Of a stretch of DNA of 64,000 nt, positions 61,161 to 64,000 are shown one piece after another. How positions within the stretch are numbered: position 1 is the first letter of the stretch; the number at the start of each line of letters is the position of its first letter. The notes beneath the pieces were generated by a model that saw nothing but the letters and a program-made list of their open reading frames with translations, ran no database searches and was not told the DNA's origin. Both the position numbers and the translations under genes were made by a program. The stretch is from Planctomycetota bacterium (GTDB lineage Bacteria; Planctomycetota; UBA1135), in the NCBI GenBank assembly GCA_024229395.1, contig JAAESM010000050.1:250758-314757 (forward strand), given 5' to 3'.

Positions 61161-62252
61161 CTATTTACCCAGCAGGAAGTGCGCGACGTCGCCTTCCCGC
61201 ATCTGGTAATCGCGCCCTTCGGTGCGCAGCTTGCCAGCTGCACGAATGGCAGATTCAGAGTGAAGCTCCTCCAAATCTGTAACCGAGTAGACCTCGGCGC
61301 GGATAAAGGCCTTCTCGAAATCGGTGTGGATCACACCAGCAGCTTTCGGCGCGACATCGCCAGCGTGGATGGTCCAAGCGCGCACTTCCTTCTCACCAGC
61401 GGTGAAGTAGGTCTGCAGGCCGAGCAACTGATAGACGGTGCGGATCAAGCGCTCTAAACCGAGCTGCTTCACTCCCAGATCCTCCATGAACATGGCGCGG
61501 TCCTCCTCTTCCATCGAGCGCAACTCCAGCTCCAGGTCGCCGCAGATCGGGATCCATTGCGAGCCCTGTTTGGAGGCATGCTCCGCCACCTGCTTGCACC
61601 ACTGGTTGTCGCCTTCGAGGTCATCGTCGCCAACGTTGGCCACGTAGAGCACTGGCTTCATGGTCATCAGGAACAACGGCTTCAACGACAGGCGCTGACG
61701 ATCGTTCCAATCAAATTCGCGCAGCTGCTGGCCTGCGTCGAGCATGGCAATCGCCTTTTCGAAAGTCTCGGAATCAAACAACGCATCCTTGTCACCAGCA
61801 CGACCTTTCTTGGCCACCCGGTCAGCGGCGCGGCGCAAGGTCTCCAAGTCCGCCATGGCCAATTCCAACTCGATGACCTCGATGTCACCGATGGGATCGA
61901 TATCGCCCTCGCGCAGCACCTTCTCGCCACCGAAGCAACGCACCACCTGCATGATGGCATCGCATTCCTTGATGTTGCCGAGGAACTTATTGCCCATGCC
62001 CTCGCCTTCCGACGCGCCAGCCACCAAGCCAGCGATATCGACAATCTTGACGACCGCCGGTAGGACTTTCTGGGTCTCGATGAATCCATGGATAATCTCC
62101 AGGCGCTCATCGGGTACTTCCACCACCGCCACGTTGGGTTCGATGGTGCAGAACGGGAAGTTGCCGACCTCTGCTTTGGCAGAAGACAGGGCGCTAAAAA
62201 TGGTGGACTTGCCGACGTTCGGAAGCCCTACGATGCCGCAGGAGACGCTCAT
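61161..62252 (-). CDS. ychF: redox-regulated ribosome-binding ATPase YchF
   Basis: MSVSCGIVGLPNVGKSTIFSAL (G1), DIAGLV.GAS.GEG.GN.FL, and the C-terminal TGS/YchF tail IHTDFEKAFIRAEV. ATG verified at 62252. Confidence 0.9.
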   Translation of the reverse strand: MSVSCGIVGLPNVGKSTIFSALSSAKAEVGNFPFCTIEPNVAVVEVPDERLEIIHGFIETQKVLPAVVKIVDIAGLVAGASEGEGMGNKFLGNIKECDAIMQVVRCFGGEKVLREGDIDPIGDIEVIELELAMADLETLRRAADRVAKKGRAGDKDALFDSETFEKAIAMLDAGQQLREFDWNDRQRLSLKPLFLMTMKPVLYVANVGDDDLEGDNQWCKQVAEHASKQGSQWIPICGDLELELRSMEEEDRAMFMEDLGVKQLGLERLIRTVYQLLGLQTYFTAGEKEVRAWTIHAGDVAPKAAGVIHTDFEKAFIRAEVYSVTDLEELHSESAIRAAGKLRTEGRDYQMREGDVAHFLLGK

Positions 62253-62328
62253 GTGACCCGGCATTGTACCCATTCCTGGCCATCCGGCGCAGGTCCCCAG
62301 GCGAGCAAAGCGCCCCGATTCAGAGCGA

Positions 62329-64000
62329 CTAGGCCGGTTGATTCAAGGCTTGCTGCACCGATTCGAGCAGTTCGCTGGCGGTAAACGGCTTGCGCAAGAA
62401 TGGGATCCCCTGCGCTTCGGGCTTAGCATCAGGGAAGACACGGTCGACAAAGCCAGACATCAGCAAGATCGGCACATCCGGGAAGGACTTGGCGAAGCGT
62501 CGGGCTAGTTCCAGGCCATCGACGCCGGGCATGATCACATCGGAGACCAACAGGTCGAATGCTTGGTTGGCTTCTGTTACGAGCTGCAGAGCGTCTTCGC
62601 CATTACTCGCCACCACAACCTTGAAGCCTTGCAGGCGCAGGCTATCGGCAGCAAAGCGACGCACAGGTTCTTGATCCTCCGCCAAGAGGATGCGACAGCC
62701 ATGAGCTAGAGGGACGGGCTCATCCTCTACCGCCACTGGCGATTCCGCCTCTGTGGGCAATTGCGGAAGTCGGAAGCGGCACAAGGTGCCACCGCTCTCT
62801 CCATCTTCGATCTCGATTTCGCCGCCGGCGCGTTTCATCACACCATAGACCGCTGACAATCCAAGACCGGTGCCGTGGCCGACTTCCTTCGTGGTGAAGA
62901 ACGGCTCGAAGATGCGTCGGCGAACTTCCTCGGACATGCCACCACCATCATCCTCGATTTCGAAGACCACGGATGCTGGTCGATCGGATTCGGCAAGCCC
63001 GTCTTCGACGAACACACGAATCCTCAAGGTTCCTTTCAGGCCGATGGCATCCTTGGCATTGACCGCCAAGTTCATCATGATCATCTCCAGTTCGCCTGGC
63101 TCCAGGAAGACCGAGCCGAGCTTGTCGCCGAACTCCAACTGCAAACGCAAGGTCTCGCCGATCAGCGGCCGCAACATCAACTCCAAACCGGACAAGACTT
63201 ATCCCACATCCACCGATTGTGGATCCAGTGATTTCTGCTTGCGGCTGAACTCCAATAGTTGCCGCACCGCCGCGGCCGAACTTTCGCCGGCGTTGAAGAT
63301 AGCTTGCAGCTTGGCGCGTTTCTCGGCACGAAGATCCGGATCATCGAGCAACAACGACGAGTAGCCGAGAATCACTGTCAGGGTGTTATTGAAGTTATGC
63401 GCGATGCCACCAGCCAACAGGCCGACGGCTTCCATCTTGTGAGCCTGGTGCAACTGTTCCGTCAAAGTCAGTTGCTCCATCAAGGTGGCGGCACGATCCA
63501 AGGCGGTGGCAAGGAGCACACCCAATCGCGAAAGAAAGCGACGCAGACGCGGGCTATCCTCGAGTTGAGGCTCATTGCGCCGGTTGGCGATCGAGAAATG
63601 AGCACACCGACCGCCACTCAAGTCACCTGCCAGGATCTCTGCGATCTGCACCAAGTTGCGTGAGTCCAGCTCCTCATCGCGAATGACGACAGTGTAGTCA
63701 TAGAGGTGCCGGACCTTGCCGTCGGCGCGCACGAAGTGGTAGGCCTGCTCGAAGCTCTAGAGATCCAAGGACACGGCCTCAGAGACCTCCAAGGCGATGC
63801 GCTCCAGATCATCTGGGTGCATCACACTGGCATAAGGTACATCGCCGCTCAGCAGCGACTCGGCACTATGACCGAACATGTCCAAGACGTTCGGCGTGAC
63901 GAACTCCACCGGCCAACCCGGCTCGTTGCGCCAACGAAATACGACCACCGGCCCACCACGCAAACTTCTCCATGCCCCCTCGCGCGGGCGGTTTGATGGG
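62329..64000 (-). pseudogene. hybrid sensor histidine kinase (PAS-HisKA-HATPase_c-REC) interrupted by two in-frame stop codons; the 5' end lies beyond the window
   Basis: One continuous minus-strand frame runs from 64000 to 62329. It has a PAS segment (VVVFRWRNEPGWPVEFVTPNV...), then a TAG at 63757-59, then ...SFEQAYHFVRADGKVRHLY. HisKA follows (HKMEAVGLLAGGIAHNFNNTLTVILGY) with ...SVDVG, then a TAA at 63199-201. After that come VLSGLELMLRPLIGE, HATPase_c (MNLAVNAKDA, GHGTGLGLS) and REC (ILLAEDQEP...LLVSDVIMPGVDG). Confidence 0.65.

Noticed and set aside
36946-63759. Stop-codon reassignment (TAG/TAA read as sense) as an explanation for the in-frame stops in the DUF1579 and histidine kinase genes
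   Set aside because: Many well-supported genes in the window terminate at TAA or TAG at the expected protein ends. Examples are rsmE (TAA), the M28-PDZ gene (TAA), the CarboxypepD paralogs (TAG/TAG/TAA) and panB (TAG). The DUF1579 gene also carries a frameshift. Pseudogenisation or sequence error is the simpler reading.

Overview
GC-rich bacterial chromosomal window with about 50 tightly packed genes. There are no rRNA or tRNA genes, no CRISPR array, and no integrase, transposase or phage genes. All calls come from reading the ORF translations and the DNA by eye (motif recognition only, no searches run).

Main blocks:
- **1-15063, minus strand:** a translationally chained operon for a type II secretion / type IV pilus-like pseudopilus module. 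Its order is FHA-TM protein, PilM-PilN fusion, PilO/GspM-like, 899-aa TPR protein, GspG-like major pseudopilin, GspH-like pseudopilin carrying a LamG-like fold, a 1643-aa GspK-like protein, GspJ-like, GspI-like, then a partial secreted protein. No ATPase, platform protein, secretin or prepilin peptidase is visible. This is my best candidate for an undescribed system.
- **15.1-24.7 kb:** rsmE. A minus-strand operon of Ser/Thr kinase, YkgJ Cys-cluster protein, TPR/HExxH peptidase and RadC. A stand-alone ClpB-D2-like AAA+ ATPase, a SurA-like PPIase, pgi, and a YugP-type Zn peptidase.
- **24.8-40.3 kb, plus strand:** three membrane-anchored paralogs built from carboxypeptidase-regulatory-like repeats, interleaved with an M28-PDZ peptidase and an EamA transporter. 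These are followed by a biotin carboxylase / carboxyltransferase / BCCP set interrupted by a decayed DUF1579 pseudogene, and a NUDIX hydrolase.
- **40.3-53.2 kb:** GAF-PAS-GGDEF-EAL protein, AP-superfamily phosphodiesterase, and a putative outer-membrane barrel with a perfect 9-bp (EPQ)7 tandem repeat. Then panB and an SSF symporter with a small membrane partner. A candidate SAM-I riboswitch sits in front of a bifunctional homocysteine methyltransferase/MTHFR gene. A HAD-like protein and a lipoprotein close the block.
- **53.5-58.9 kb:** two large secreted peptidases (gluzincin M4/M36-like and M28) that share a duplicated C-terminal module of about 370 aa.
- **59-64 kb:** GT4 glycosyltransferase, bolA-grxD, grxC, ychF, and a hybrid histidine kinase interrupted by two in-frame stops.

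Many start codons were moved from the ORF-track maximum to internal ATGs that I verified in the DNA. Taxonomy cannot be assigned from the sequence alone.
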